Shown: positions 41,240 to 50,178 of the stretch, piece after piece
How positions within the stretch are numbered: position 1 is the first letter of the stretch
How the letters are laid out: every line of letters starts with the position of its first letter
Source: Myxococcota bacterium
Lineage (GTDB): Bacteria; Myxococcota; Myxococcia; Myxococcales; Myxococcaceae
Direction of reading: 5' to 3'
DNA length: 64,000 nt
Assembly: GCA_049322255.1 (NCBI GenBank)
Contig: JBMORE010000162.1
Span: 1 to 64,000, forward strand
The notes under the pieces: generated by a model
The model's input: the letters and a program-made list of their open reading frames with translations, nothing else
Databases searched by the model: none
Told to the model about the DNA's origin: nothing
Made by a program: the position numbers and the translations under genes

Positions 41240-42207
41240 TCGATCCCCGCTTGGGCCAGAATCGCCCGCCGCTGGTCGTCCGCCAGGCGCAGCGTCTCGA
41301 GCTCGGTCTCGTAGAGAAGCTTCTCCTCGCCCTCGGCGTGGTGCGACTTGAGCACCAGCCACTCCAGCATCTTCGGCTCCCCGGCCTGGTGGAGGCGGCG
41401 TGCCGCTTGGGCGGCGAGGGCACGGTCGTCGTCATCGAGCAGGCCGACCAGAATCCGCCTGGCTCGAGGGCCGCCCACGCCGTCGAAAAGGGCGAGGGCT
41501 TGGCGGCGAGCGAAGCGATCTTCCGAGGCGAGCAGCCGGCGGGCGAAGGCGAACCCCTGGGCTGCGCCCAAAAGACACAAACCGTGCGCGGCGGCAAAGC
41601 GGGTGCTCTCCGAGGAGTGGGTGAGAAAACCCACCAGCGCCGTCGCCTGGGACTTGTCTTTGAGCTGGCCCACCGCGAGGAGCATCGCCGAGCGCACCTC
41701 GGGCTCGCCCTCGGCGCGGGCCGCGTCGACGAGGGGCCGCCCCATCCTCTTCTCTCCGCTCGCTCCCAGGGCACGCGCCGCCTCTTTGCGCACCCCCAGC
41801 GTCTTGTCGAAAAGGAGCGGACGAATGCGCACGACCTGTCGACTGCCAAGCCTGCCCAACCCCTGCACCGCCGCCATGCGAATGGCGCCGTCGTCGTCGG
41901 ACAGCAGGCCGAGCAAGACCGGCTCGGCGCTGGGGTGCGCCAGCGCGGCGAGCACCCAAACGAAGGTCTGCCGCTGGCGCGTGTCCACCGAATGGTGAAG
42001 CAGCGCTCCCAGCTCGGCGGCGGCGTAGGCCTGCTCGCCCAGGAACTGGAGCCGGTTCGCCACGGAGCGAGCATCAGCGCCCTGGGAAAGGCTCTCCAGC
42101 AGCTCTTGCGCCTGGGCGCGGCGCGAGAGGGCCTTGTGGGTGGACGCTGGCCCCGCATGCGCCCACAAGGCGCAGAGCCAGACGAGCGTGCCGACAACGG
42201 AGCGCAC
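41236..42207 (-). CDS. Exported HEAT/PBS-repeat protein
   Basis: Signal peptide; repeated L.D.d..VR..AA.ALG units. Confidence 0.8.
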   Translation of the reverse strand: MRSVVGTLVWLCALWAHAGPASTHKALSRRAQAQELLESLSQGADARSVANRLQFLGEQAYAAAELGALLHHSVDTRQRQTFVWVLAALAHPSAEPVLLGLLSDDDGAIRMAAVQGLGRLGSRQVVRIRPLLFDKTLGVRKEAARALGASGEKRMGRPLVDAARAEGEPEVRSAMLLAVGQLKDKSQATALVGFLTHSSESTRFAAAHGLCLLGAAQGFAFARRLLASEDRFARRQALALFDGVGGPRARRILVGLLDDDDRALAAQAARRLHQAGEPKMLEWLVLKSHHAEGEEKLLYETELETLRLADDQRRAILAQAGIE

Positions 42208-42245
42208 GCCTGTACGATCTCAGAGCGCCAAAGGGGCTGTAAAGG

Positions 42246-42467
42246 TCACCCCTTGGCCTGACGTAAGAAGTCCTGGAGCGCCCGGTACGCCTCGGGGGTG
42301 AACTGGCGCTCGTGCGCCTCCAACGCCGCCTGGAGGAGGAACTTCTCTCCTGGAGTCACCACCTGCTCGTCGCTGGCGACCTCGATGAGCTGGTGCACCT
42401 CGGCCAAGGTGATGACCCGGTCGAAGGCGACTTGGCTCAGGAGGGCTCGAATCTTCTCAACGCTCAT
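42246..42467 (-). CDS. Small hypothetical helical protein
   Basis: 73-aa ATG ORF with typical codon usage; D..IT..E repeated twice. Confidence 0.6.
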   Translation of the reverse strand: MSVEKIRALLSQVAFDRVITLAEVHQLIEVASDEQVVTPGEKFLLQAALEAHERQFTPEAYRALQDFLRQAKG

Positions 42468-42542
42468 CGACGGTGTACTCTAGCCCGCATTCTTGACGGT
42501 CCACAGGGTCGTTGGTACGACCCCAAAGGCAAGCCAACGCCC

Positions 42543-42863
42543 ATGTTCCGACACTCCGTGCTCCTGGTAGTGGCCACCGTCGGGCTGTGCGCCTGCGGCC
42601 CCGTGCAGTCCACCGCCTACCTGCTCGACGCCGACGTGCAGCTCGAAGCCGCCCGTACCGCGGGCGCCGAAAAGTACGCTCCCTACGAGTGGACGGCGGC
42701 GGCGCTCTACTTGCACAAGGCGCGGGAAGAAGTGGGCTACTCCGACTTCCAAGTGGCGGTGGACTTTGCCCAGAAGGCGGCGCGGTTCGCCAACGAGGCC
42801 AAGGCCAAGGCCCTGTCCGCGACGAAGAAAGACGACCTGTCCCCGCCGGTGAGCCGCCCCTAA
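42543..42863 (+). CDS. DUF4398 lipoprotein
   Basis: Lipobox LCAC; ARTAGAEKYAPYE...A.LYL.KA. Confidence 0.8.
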   Translation: MFRHSVLLVVATVGLCACGPVQSTAYLLDADVQLEAARTAGAEKYAPYEWTAAALYLHKAREEVGYSDFQVAVDFAQKAARFANEAKAKALSATKKDDLSPPVSRP

Positions 42864-44246
42864 ATGACCCGTTCCTTCTCCTTCACATGCCTGATGGCGC
42901 TCGGTCTGGCCGGAGCCGGGTGCGTGAGCGGGGCGAAGATTCGCGCCGACTCCGAAGTGATCAAGGCCGAGGTGGAGCGGGCCCGCCGGAGCGGCGCCAT
43001 GCGCTGCGCCCCACGGGAGCTGGCCACCGCCGAGGCCAACTTGGACTTTGCGCTGGGAGAGCTGTCACAAGGCAGCAGCTTCCGCGCCGCCGAGCACATT
43101 CGCGACGCGGAGGCGGCAACCAAGAAGGCGCTGATGCTCTCGCGCGACTGCGGGCCCAAGCAGGTGCTGGTCAAGGAGAGCCAAGACAAGCAGCTGGTGG
43201 TGCGCATCGAAGAAACCGACGCGGACGGAGACGGCATCTTCGACAAAGACGACCGGTGCCCCAACGAGCCGGAGGACAAGGACGGCTTCCAGGACGAAGA
43301 CGGCTGCCCCGAGGTGGACAACGACCAGGACGGGGTGCTCGACGGCAACGACAAATGCCCGCTCTTACCCGGGCCGCTGTCCAATCAGGGCTGCCCCGAA
43401 GAGGCGCCCAAGGACCGCGACGGAGACGGCATTCCCGACCCGCTCGATCGCTGCATCGATCAGCCGGAGGACAAAGACGGCTTCCAGGACGAGGACGGCT
43501 GCCCCGAGCCAGACAACGACAACGACGGCCTGCTCGACGGCGCTGACAAGTGCCCCAACGAGCCGGGCCCGATTCAGAGCTTGGGCTGCCCGGTGAAAGA
43601 CCGGGACGGCGACGGCATCCACGACGACACCGATCGTTGCCCCGACGAGCCGGAGGACAAGGACGGCTTCCAGGACACCGATGGTTGTCCCGACTTGGAC
43701 AACGACAACGACGGCCTGCCCGACGGCAGCGACGAGTGCCCCAACGAGGCGGGCCCTCCGGAGAACAAAGGCTGCCCCGACAAGGACCGGGATGGCGACG
43801 GCATCGTCGACCGGCTCGACAAGTGCCCCGACGAGCCCGGGGTGAAGGAAGAGGACGGCTGCCCCAAGAAGTACAAGCTGGTGGTGGTGAAGAAGGACCG
43901 CATCGAGATCAAGCAGCAGATCAAGTTCGCCACCGGCTCGGCGAAAATCGTCGGGCGCCAGAGCTTCGACATCATCGGGGAGGTCGCCCTGGCGCTGCGT
44001 GACAACCCGCAAATCAAGAAGGTGCGCGTCGAGGGCCACACCGACTCGGTAGGCAGCGACGCGATGAACCTGAAGCTCTCGCAAAACCGCGCCAACTCGG
44101 TGATGAGCGCGCTCATCAAGGAAGGCGTCGATCCTATGCGCATGGAGGCGGTGGGCTTCGGCGAGACCAAGCCGATCGCCTCCAACGCCACCGCCAAGGG
44201 GCGCCAGGAGAACCGGCGCACCGAGTTCAACATCGTCGAGCAGTAG
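42864..44246 (+). CDS. DUF4398 + thrombospondin type-3 repeats + OmpA domain lipoprotein
   Basis: Lipobox GAGC; repeated DxDGDGIxDxxDxCP and PEDKDGFQDEDGCP; EGHTD...LSQNRA...NRRTEF. Confidence 0.9.
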   Translation: MTRSFSFTCLMALGLAGAGCVSGAKIRADSEVIKAEVERARRSGAMRCAPRELATAEANLDFALGELSQGSSFRAAEHIRDAEAATKKALMLSRDCGPKQVLVKESQDKQLVVRIEETDADGDGIFDKDDRCPNEPEDKDGFQDEDGCPEVDNDQDGVLDGNDKCPLLPGPLSNQGCPEEAPKDRDGDGIPDPLDRCIDQPEDKDGFQDEDGCPEPDNDNDGLLDGADKCPNEPGPIQSLGCPVKDRDGDGIHDDTDRCPDEPEDKDGFQDTDGCPDLDNDNDGLPDGSDECPNEAGPPENKGCPDKDRDGDGIVDRLDKCPDEPGVKEEDGCPKKYKLVVVKKDRIEIKQQIKFATGSAKIVGRQSFDIIGEVALALRDNPQIKKVRVEGHTDSVGSDAMNLKLSQNRANSVMSALIKEGVDPMRMEAVGFGETKPIASNATAKGRQENRRTEFNIVEQ

Positions 44247-44251
44247 CGCTT

Positions 44252-44686
44252 TTAGGCAACCAAGGGATTGACGACAGCGAGAGACGGGAACCGGCCGAAA
44301 TCGCGGTCCGCGGTCCACAGCTCGTCGACGCCATGCGCCAGGCAGATGGCCGCGATTCGAGCATCGTGAACGCGCGGCCCGACGATCTGCCCTTCGCGCA
44401 TCAGCCGGGCGAGCTCGCTCCAGTATCCATCCGCCTCCCCGAGCACCGAGAGAGTCGGCGATTCGAGGAGTGCACCAACGAAGCCGAGCGCGGCGGTCAG
44501 ATCGGAGGGTGGCGAGAAGATCCGCCGATGAGTCACCTTGGCCAGGAACTCGTGGATGCACGGCCACGGAATCGCCCATGCCGCCTTCCCTTCTGCGAGC
44601 TCACGCAACCGCTGCGCTGCTCTCTGGTGAAAGGGTGACTCCGCCCGATGCGCGTACACCAGCAGATTGGTGTCGACAGCCACCAT
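44252..44686 (-). CDS. vapC: VapC/PIN toxin
   Basis: VDTNLLVYA, HEF, HDARIAA, TADRDFGRFP. Confidence 0.93.
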   Translation of the reverse strand: MVAVDTNLLVYAHRAESPFHQRAAQRLRELAEGKAAWAIPWPCIHEFLAKVTHRRIFSPPSDLTAALGFVGALLESPTLSVLGEADGYWSELARLMREGQIVGPRVHDARIAAICLAHGVDELWTADRDFGRFPSLAVVNPLVA

Positions 44687-44689
44687 CGC

Positions 44690-44932
44690 TCACCCGTCGG
44701 ACGGCAAGTCGTAGGCGATGTCTCGAGGCAAGTCCCAGCCCACCCCGGGCCGCAGCCCCTTGCCGCGGACGGTGACGAGCTTGAGCTTGAAGGACTTGGT
44801 CTGGCGCTTTCTCTCGTCGAGCGCGCGGCGCAAGCCTTCCTCCACGAGCGAGCGAACAGTCGTGTGCTCGCGAGCGGCGACCTTCTTCGCCTCGCCCAGG
44901 AGCGCGTCAGCAATCTCGATGGTGGTCTTCAT
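44690..44932 (-). CDS. vapB: RHH-type VapB antitoxin
   Basis: MKTTIEIADALLGEAKKVAAREHTTVRSLVEEGLRR. Confidence 0.88.
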   Translation of the reverse strand: MKTTIEIADALLGEAKKVAAREHTTVRSLVEEGLRRALDERKRQTKSFKLKLVTVRGKGLRPGVGWDLPRDIAYDLPSDG

Positions 44933-45229
44933 ATGGGTCACCATATCCACCAGGCTGGGTGAACGCCAAATCGGACTGGCACGGACTCGTCGGCTCACGA
45001 TCCGCGTTCGATGGCGCCCCGTGAGCCATCATCGATCGCGTGTATCGACCTTTCCTTGGATCGACAGTCCTCGCGCTGCTCTTGACGATGCTTGCCGGCT
45101 GTACGGCCTCGGGAAAGGCACCCTCTGAGCTCGCTTATCAAGTCCGGGTCGGGCGCCGGCTTCTTCGGCTCGTCCGCCACGGCGAACACGCTCCAGAGCA
45201 TTCCGACGGCGGCGAAGCGCCTCCTCGCG

Positions 45230-46072
45230 CTATCCCCTCACTCGCTCGGAACCTGAGCTGCGCGTGGCTTCGGCTGCGATGGGAGCGATCGGCTCCAGCT
45301 GGACCCGCGAGATGATCGCTTCGCTCTCTTTCGCCGAGGCCTGAATGGCTTCTACGCCCGTCAGGAGGTCGTCGAGCTGGTCTCCGAGCTGGTCGGGGCT
45401 GGCCATGGTCAACACCTGGTCACGCAACAGCCGCACCGAGTTCTCGATGAGGTTCATCTGCCCCCGGGCGCGCGCGAGGAAGTTCTGTATCTCTCCGATG
45501 GTGTCCATCCGCCGCTGTAAGACCTGGGCATTCTTGCGCGCGATCTCCGCCACCGCGGCGTCCTTCATCGACTTCTCCATCTTCTGCTGGACCTCGAGCT
45601 GCTCTCCCAGCTCGCGAAAATTGGTGGCCGACAGGTAGGTCTCGGCGCGCGCGCACGCCGCGGCCAGGGTGACGAAGCTCTGGTGCAGCTGGGAAAGCTT
45701 GTCGAGCTCGGTCTGGAGGAGAATCGCCTTGAACGAGGGGTTCACCTGCATGTCGCGCTCAATCTCCCGGCGTAGCTCGTCGAGCGCGTGGGCCCGCGCC
45801 CAGTCGCGCTCCGGGAGTGACTCCATCAGCTTGGCCACCCGGGCGCGGTCGGCTTTCTCGCGCTCCTCTCGGTGCGCGGCATCGACGTAGCGCTTGAAGG
45901 GTCGCAGGTCGGGGCCGAACAAGAGCCACAAAGCCTCGAGCCCCAACGCCACCGCGCCGAGCACGTACTCGCCGGTGAGCGCGCTGGCGGTGAGCGCTCC
46001 GCCCAAAAGAGAGAGGTTGTAGACGTTGGCGAACGCCGCCTTGAGGTAGCTGGGGGCTGACTCGGTGGACAA
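45230..46072 (-). CDS. Two-TM + long coiled-coil protein (XpaC-like architecture)
   Basis: N-terminal hydrophobic hairpin then helical heptads; last gene of the ABC operon; TTG start. Confidence 0.7.
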   Translation of the reverse strand: MSTESAPSYLKAAFANVYNLSLLGGALTASALTGEYVLGAVALGLEALWLLFGPDLRPFKRYVDAAHREEREKADRARVAKLMESLPERDWARAHALDELRREIERDMQVNPSFKAILLQTELDKLSQLHQSFVTLAAACARAETYLSATNFRELGEQLEVQQKMEKSMKDAAVAEIARKNAQVLQRRMDTIGEIQNFLARARGQMNLIENSVRLLRDQVLTMASPDQLGDQLDDLLTGVEAIQASAKESEAIISRVQLEPIAPIAAEATRSSGSERVRG

Positions 46073-46079
46073 AGGCCCC

Positions 46080-46937
46080 TCAAAGTCCCATGCGCAGGTT
46101 GCCGTGCACGTCGAGCGAGTGGAGCAGGTCGAGCAGGTGGTTCTCTACCCGTTTGAACTCGGCGGACTGCTTGAGCGCGGGGCTGCGGTCTTCGAAGGTG
46201 GGCACCTCGATGCGGTGGAGCACTTTCGCCGGCCGCGAAGAGAGCACGAACACCACGTCGGCGAGGAACACCGCCTCGCTGATGTCGTGGGTGACGAAGA
46301 GCACCGTGTTGTCCTCTTTGTGAAGCACGTCGAGGATGAGCCCCTGCATTCCCCAGCGCGTCTGCGGGTCGAGCGCGCCAAAAGGCTCGTCCATCAGCAC
46401 CAGCTTGGGCTTGTTGACGATGGTGCGGGCGATCGCCACCCGCTGCTTCATGCCGCCCGAGAGCTGTTTGGGCAGCGCGTCGGCAAAGTCTTTGAGCCCC
46501 ACCTGGGCGATGATCTCCATCGCCTGCTTCTTGCGCTGGGCGGGAGGAATGCCGTGCAGCTCCAGGCCGTACTCCACGTTCTTGCGCACCGTGCGCCAAG
46601 CGAAGGAGGTGTAGCTCTGAAAGACCATGCCCCGGTCACGCCCGGTGCCGGTCACCACCTGTCCGTCGATGAGCACTTGGCCAGCGTCGGGCTGAAGGAG
46701 CCCCGCCACGGCTTTCAAGATCGTGCTCTTGCCGCAGCCCGAAGGCCCCAAGAAAACCGCCAGCTCGCCTTTGCCTGGCTTGTTGGAGACGGAAAGGTCG
46801 GCGCCCTGCACCGCCTGCACCGTGTTGCCCCTGCGGTCGGTGTAGCTGATGTAGAGGTCCCTGATTTCCAGCTTGGGCACCGAGCCGGTCATCGCCGGCG
46901 CGGAAGCTTCAGCCGCCGCGGAGGTCGGCTCAGGCAT
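46080..46937 (-). CDS. ABC ATPase, TauB/SsuB/NitT type
   Basis: GPSGCGKS, LSGGMKQR, LMDEPFGALD, VTHD. Confidence 0.93.
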   Translation of the reverse strand: MPEPTSAAAEASAPAMTGSVPKLEIRDLYISYTDRRGNTVQAVQGADLSVSNKPGKGELAVFLGPSGCGKSTILKAVAGLLQPDAGQVLIDGQVVTGTGRDRGMVFQSYTSFAWRTVRKNVEYGLELHGIPPAQRKKQAMEIIAQVGLKDFADALPKQLSGGMKQRVAIARTIVNKPKLVLMDEPFGALDPQTRWGMQGLILDVLHKEDNTVLFVTHDISEAVFLADVVFVLSSRPAKVLHRIEVPTFEDRSPALKQSAEFKRVENHLLDLLHSLDVHGNLRMGL

Positions 46938-47835
46938 CGGCTTCCCTCCAGGAGAAGAGCAGCCGGTTCACCCCGCGAATCAACAGGTCGGTGAGAATGC
47001 CGATCACCCCCACCACCAGAATGCCGGCGAACGACCAGGCCGGCTTGGTGTGCTGCTCAGCCAGCCGCAAGATGTAGCCGATGCCACTTTGCGGGTTCAC
47101 GATCTCCGCGAGGATGATGTAGGTCCACGCGATCGCGTTCATCACCCGAAAAGAGTCGAAGATCTGCGGCAACGCGGCGGGGATGAGCACCGTGCGAATC
47201 ACCTGCGCGCGGCTGGCTCCCAAGGTGAAGGCGGTGTGCACCAGCTCCTCCGGCACCACCCGAATGGCGTCGACCACCACCGGCAAGAGAAACACCACCG
47301 TGCCCAGGAAGAGAAAGGCGATCTTCTGCGACTCCTCGATGCCGAACCACAAGATGAGCAGCGGAATGAACGCGGTGATCGGCAAGTACCGCATCGGAGC
47401 GAGGATGGGATCGAAGAACTTGTTCACCGACTCGAACGAGCCCATCAAGATTCCCAAGGGCAGCGCCACCGCCACCGAGAGCCCGAAGGCCTTCAAGATG
47501 CGCACCGAGCTCACCAGCACCGAGGGGAGCAGGTCTTTTTCGAAGACGAGGTAGAGCAGGCTGCGCACCACCTCGTCGGGCGGCGGCAAGAAGAAGTGCG
47601 AGACCAGCGGCTCTGAGCCCTTGCCCCGATCGACCCAGACGTAGCTGCACACCGCCCACGCCACCAGCAAGAGCGCCACCGAGGCCACCGACAGCAGCCG
47701 TCCGGTACCGGCGGGGACAGGCGCGCGCAGCGCCCACAGCGACGCCTCGCTCTTTCTCCGCGCCCCCTCAGTCCCCCGCACCAGGGAGACGCCTGTGGAC
47801 CCACCTCCGGCGGGACGATCAGGCTCAGTTGGCAT
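46930..47835 (-). CDS. ABC permease, TauC/SsuC/NitT type
   Basis: FLPPP, RYLP..AFIPL, EAA-like loop TAFTLGAS, IPAALP. Confidence 0.92.
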   Translation of the reverse strand: MPTEPDRPAGGGSTGVSLVRGTEGARRKSEASLWALRAPVPAGTGRLLSVASVALLLVAWAVCSYVWVDRGKGSEPLVSHFFLPPPDEVVRSLLYLVFEKDLLPSVLVSSVRILKAFGLSVAVALPLGILMGSFESVNKFFDPILAPMRYLPITAFIPLLILWFGIEESQKIAFLFLGTVVFLLPVVVDAIRVVPEELVHTAFTLGASRAQVIRTVLIPAALPQIFDSFRVMNAIAWTYIILAEIVNPQSGIGYILRLAEQHTKPAWSFAGILVVGVIGILTDLLIRGVNRLLFSWREADA

Positions 47836-49453
47836 TCAAGATGACCTTGATATCGGTGCGCCGGTTGAGCGCCCGCCCGTCCTCGGTCGTGTTGGTCGCC
47901 ACCGGGTTGGCCGAACCGTGGCCGACGGCGACGAAGCGCTCGCCGGGAAGAGCGAAATTCTTCACCAGGTAGGCCTTCACCGCCTCGGCGCGCTTCTGGG
48001 AGAGCGTCTTGTTCACCGCCGCCGATCCGCGCGAGTCGGTGTTCCCCTCCACCTGCAGGTAGGTGTTGCCGAAGGCGAGCATCGTCTCCCCCAGCGCATC
48101 GAGGGTGAAGTAGCTGCCGGGCATGATCTCATCCGAGCCGGTGGTGAAGTGAATCGACAAGCTCTTGTTGACGATGGCGCGGTCGGACACCTTGGGCTTG
48201 TCCTTGAAGGCGAAGGACTCTTCCACCTTCTGGCCCCGGTAGCGGTCGGCGAGCGCGGCGACGAAGCGCCCGTCCATCCAATCTTTGGCGTCGACCATCT
48301 TGGTCACCACGCCCTTCTTGCGCCAGATGACGAAGGCGCCGTTGAAGAGCGCGTGGAAGTACGGCTTGGGCCCGGACAGCCCGTAGAAGACCGCGTTGTC
48401 CGCCCACGGGGTGAGCTTGAGGCCCGAGAGCATGCCCGAAACATCGTCGGGGGTGAGCTTGAGCGCGCTGGCGACGATCTGGTGGGAACCTTGCGGGTCC
48501 TCCTGCATCACGCTGATGCCGTCGAACCAGCCGCCCACGAAGTCCTGCACCGTCTGCGGCGCTTCGTCGATGAGCGCTTGGCGGGCCACCAGGGTGTCGG
48601 CGATGACGTTGGTGGCGGCGAGGGTGGAGACGAGGATGTGCGCCTCGTTCTCCCGCGCGGCCACCGCGCTGGAGAGGTCGGGCTCCCAGGTGACGGCGGC
48701 GTCGACCTTGCCGGCCTTGAAGGTGGCGGCGGCCTGCGGAGCCTCGTTCACGTAGACCAAGCTCTTCTCCACTTGGCCGCGCTCCTCTGGGGTGAGGCCC
48801 GACTGCGAGAGCAGATAGAGCAAAAGCCAATGCGAGGGCGTGAACTTGGTGGTGGCGATGCGCTTGCCCTTCAGGTCCTCCACCGACTTGATGGTCTTGA
48901 GCGAGACGATGCCGTCTCCGCCGCGGCTCCAATCCTGCTGGATGATCGACTTGGCGGCGATGTTCTGCTCGGCCAGACGCGACGCCTCGTTGGCGTAGGA
49001 GTCGACCGTGTCCCACATGATGTCGATGTCGCCCTTGATGAAGGCGTTGAGCTTCACCACCGGGTCCTCGAGCAACACGAACTGCACGTCGAGCCCGTAC
49101 TTCTTCTTGTAGATCGACGCCGGGCTTCCCACCTCGAGCCCGCCGTTGGCGACGATGCCCGGGGCGTGGCCCGCCCAGGTGTTGATACCCACCTTGAGCG
49201 TGCGCGAAAGCTTGCCCGACCCCAGGTGTGCAGCCAGGGCGGAGTTGAGCATCACCTCGGCGTTGCGCTTGGGCTCGACGAGGTCCTTGCCGATGCTGGC
49301 GAAGTCGTCTTGGGTGACCTCGCCGCCCACCTTGGCCTCACCGGCGCCGGCCCAGCCTCTGATCTGGTCGCCGTACTTCTTGAAGACCACGAACCCCACG
49401 ACGCCCAACACCACCAGCGTCAAGAACAACTTTCCGAACGGGGTCAGCTTCAT
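47825..49453 (-). CDS. NMT1/TauA-like substrate-binding protein fused to OmpA peptidoglycan-binding domain
   Basis: N-terminal TM anchor; TWAGHAPG, DWSRGGDG, TWEP; C-terminal EGNTDSRG...LSQKRA...NRRTD. Confidence 0.88.
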   Translation of the reverse strand: MKLTPFGKLFLTLVVLGVVGFVVFKKYGDQIRGWAGAGEAKVGGEVTQDDFASIGKDLVEPKRNAEVMLNSALAAHLGSGKLSRTLKVGINTWAGHAPGIVANGGLEVGSPASIYKKKYGLDVQFVLLEDPVVKLNAFIKGDIDIMWDTVDSYANEASRLAEQNIAAKSIIQQDWSRGGDGIVSLKTIKSVEDLKGKRIATTKFTPSHWLLLYLLSQSGLTPEERGQVEKSLVYVNEAPQAAATFKAGKVDAAVTWEPDLSSAVAARENEAHILVSTLAATNVIADTLVARQALIDEAPQTVQDFVGGWFDGISVMQEDPQGSHQIVASALKLTPDDVSGMLSGLKLTPWADNAVFYGLSGPKPYFHALFNGAFVIWRKKGVVTKMVDAKDWMDGRFVAALADRYRGQKVEESFAFKDKPKVSDRAIVNKSLSIHFTTGSDEIMPGSYFTLDALGETMLAFGNTYLQVEGNTDSRGSAAVNKTLSQKRAEAVKAYLVKNFALPGERFVAVGHGSANPVATNTTEDGRALNRRTDIKVILNAN

Positions 49454-49475
49454 TTTGGCTTTCTCTCCTTGAGGG

Positions 49476-50096
49476 CTAGGTGACCGGCGGCTCGGCCGGA
49501 GCCTGGAAGAAGTCCACGACTTTCTGCACTTCTGTCTTGCGCGCGCTCGCGGCGTTGGCCAACGCGGTCAGCGAGGCGGTGCGCTTGGCGATGTCCGCCT
49601 TGAGCGCGGAAATCTTCTCATCGAGGGTGCGAATCTGCATCTCCGCGTCCTGATTCGCCTTGGCGGTGGAGCTCTCGTTCACCTTCACGTAGGCGTCGAG
49701 CGCCCGCTTTTGGTTCTGGGCGGCGGCGATGATCTTCTCGGTCTCGAAGCCGAACGCTTTGAGCGCAGCCTCGACGATCTGCTTCTTCACCGGTTGAGGC
49801 GTCGCCTCGGGCAGGTTCTTGAGCAGCTCCTCGGCCTTCTTCACCCGGTCGAGCTCGCCGCCGTCCATGCCCGCGTCGCGGAAGATGGCGTCGAAGTCTT
49901 TGGGAGCGCTGGCCGTGGGCCCCAAGACTTTGTCCAGGCGCAACGGGGGCAGCTCGGGCGCCTCCGGCTTGGCCGTTTGAGCGAGCTTGGCCACCACTTC
50001 GGCGGGCGACTCCTCGGTCGCGTCGCGATCACGATTGCCATCGGTCTCGACGAAGATGCCCAGGAGCTTCGAGCCCAGGCCTTTTTCCTCGGACAT
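49476..50096 (-). CDS. Hypothetical coiled-coil protein with N-terminal amphipathic motif
   Basis: GLGSKLLGIFVE start, Pro-rich linker, helical coiled-coil C-half; first gene of the ABC operon. Confidence 0.75.
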   Translation of the reverse strand: MSEEKGLGSKLLGIFVETDGNRDRDATEESPAEVVAKLAQTAKPEAPELPPLRLDKVLGPTASAPKDFDAIFRDAGMDGGELDRVKKAEELLKNLPEATPQPVKKQIVEAALKAFGFETEKIIAAAQNQKRALDAYVKVNESSTAKANQDAEMQIRTLDEKISALKADIAKRTASLTALANAASARKTEVQKVVDFFQAPAEPPVT

Positions 50097-50178
50097 TTAA
50101 GCCTCTCCCCAAAGTAGGCGGCGATCCTTATCAGACCCGGCAGTTTTCCAGGCAGGAGAAATCTGCTAGCGAACGCCT

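Noticed and set aside
43215..43865. Regular direct repeats resembling a CRISPR or tandem array
   Set aside because: They are coding thrombospondin type-3 repeats with synonymous variation, no unique spacers and no cas genes.
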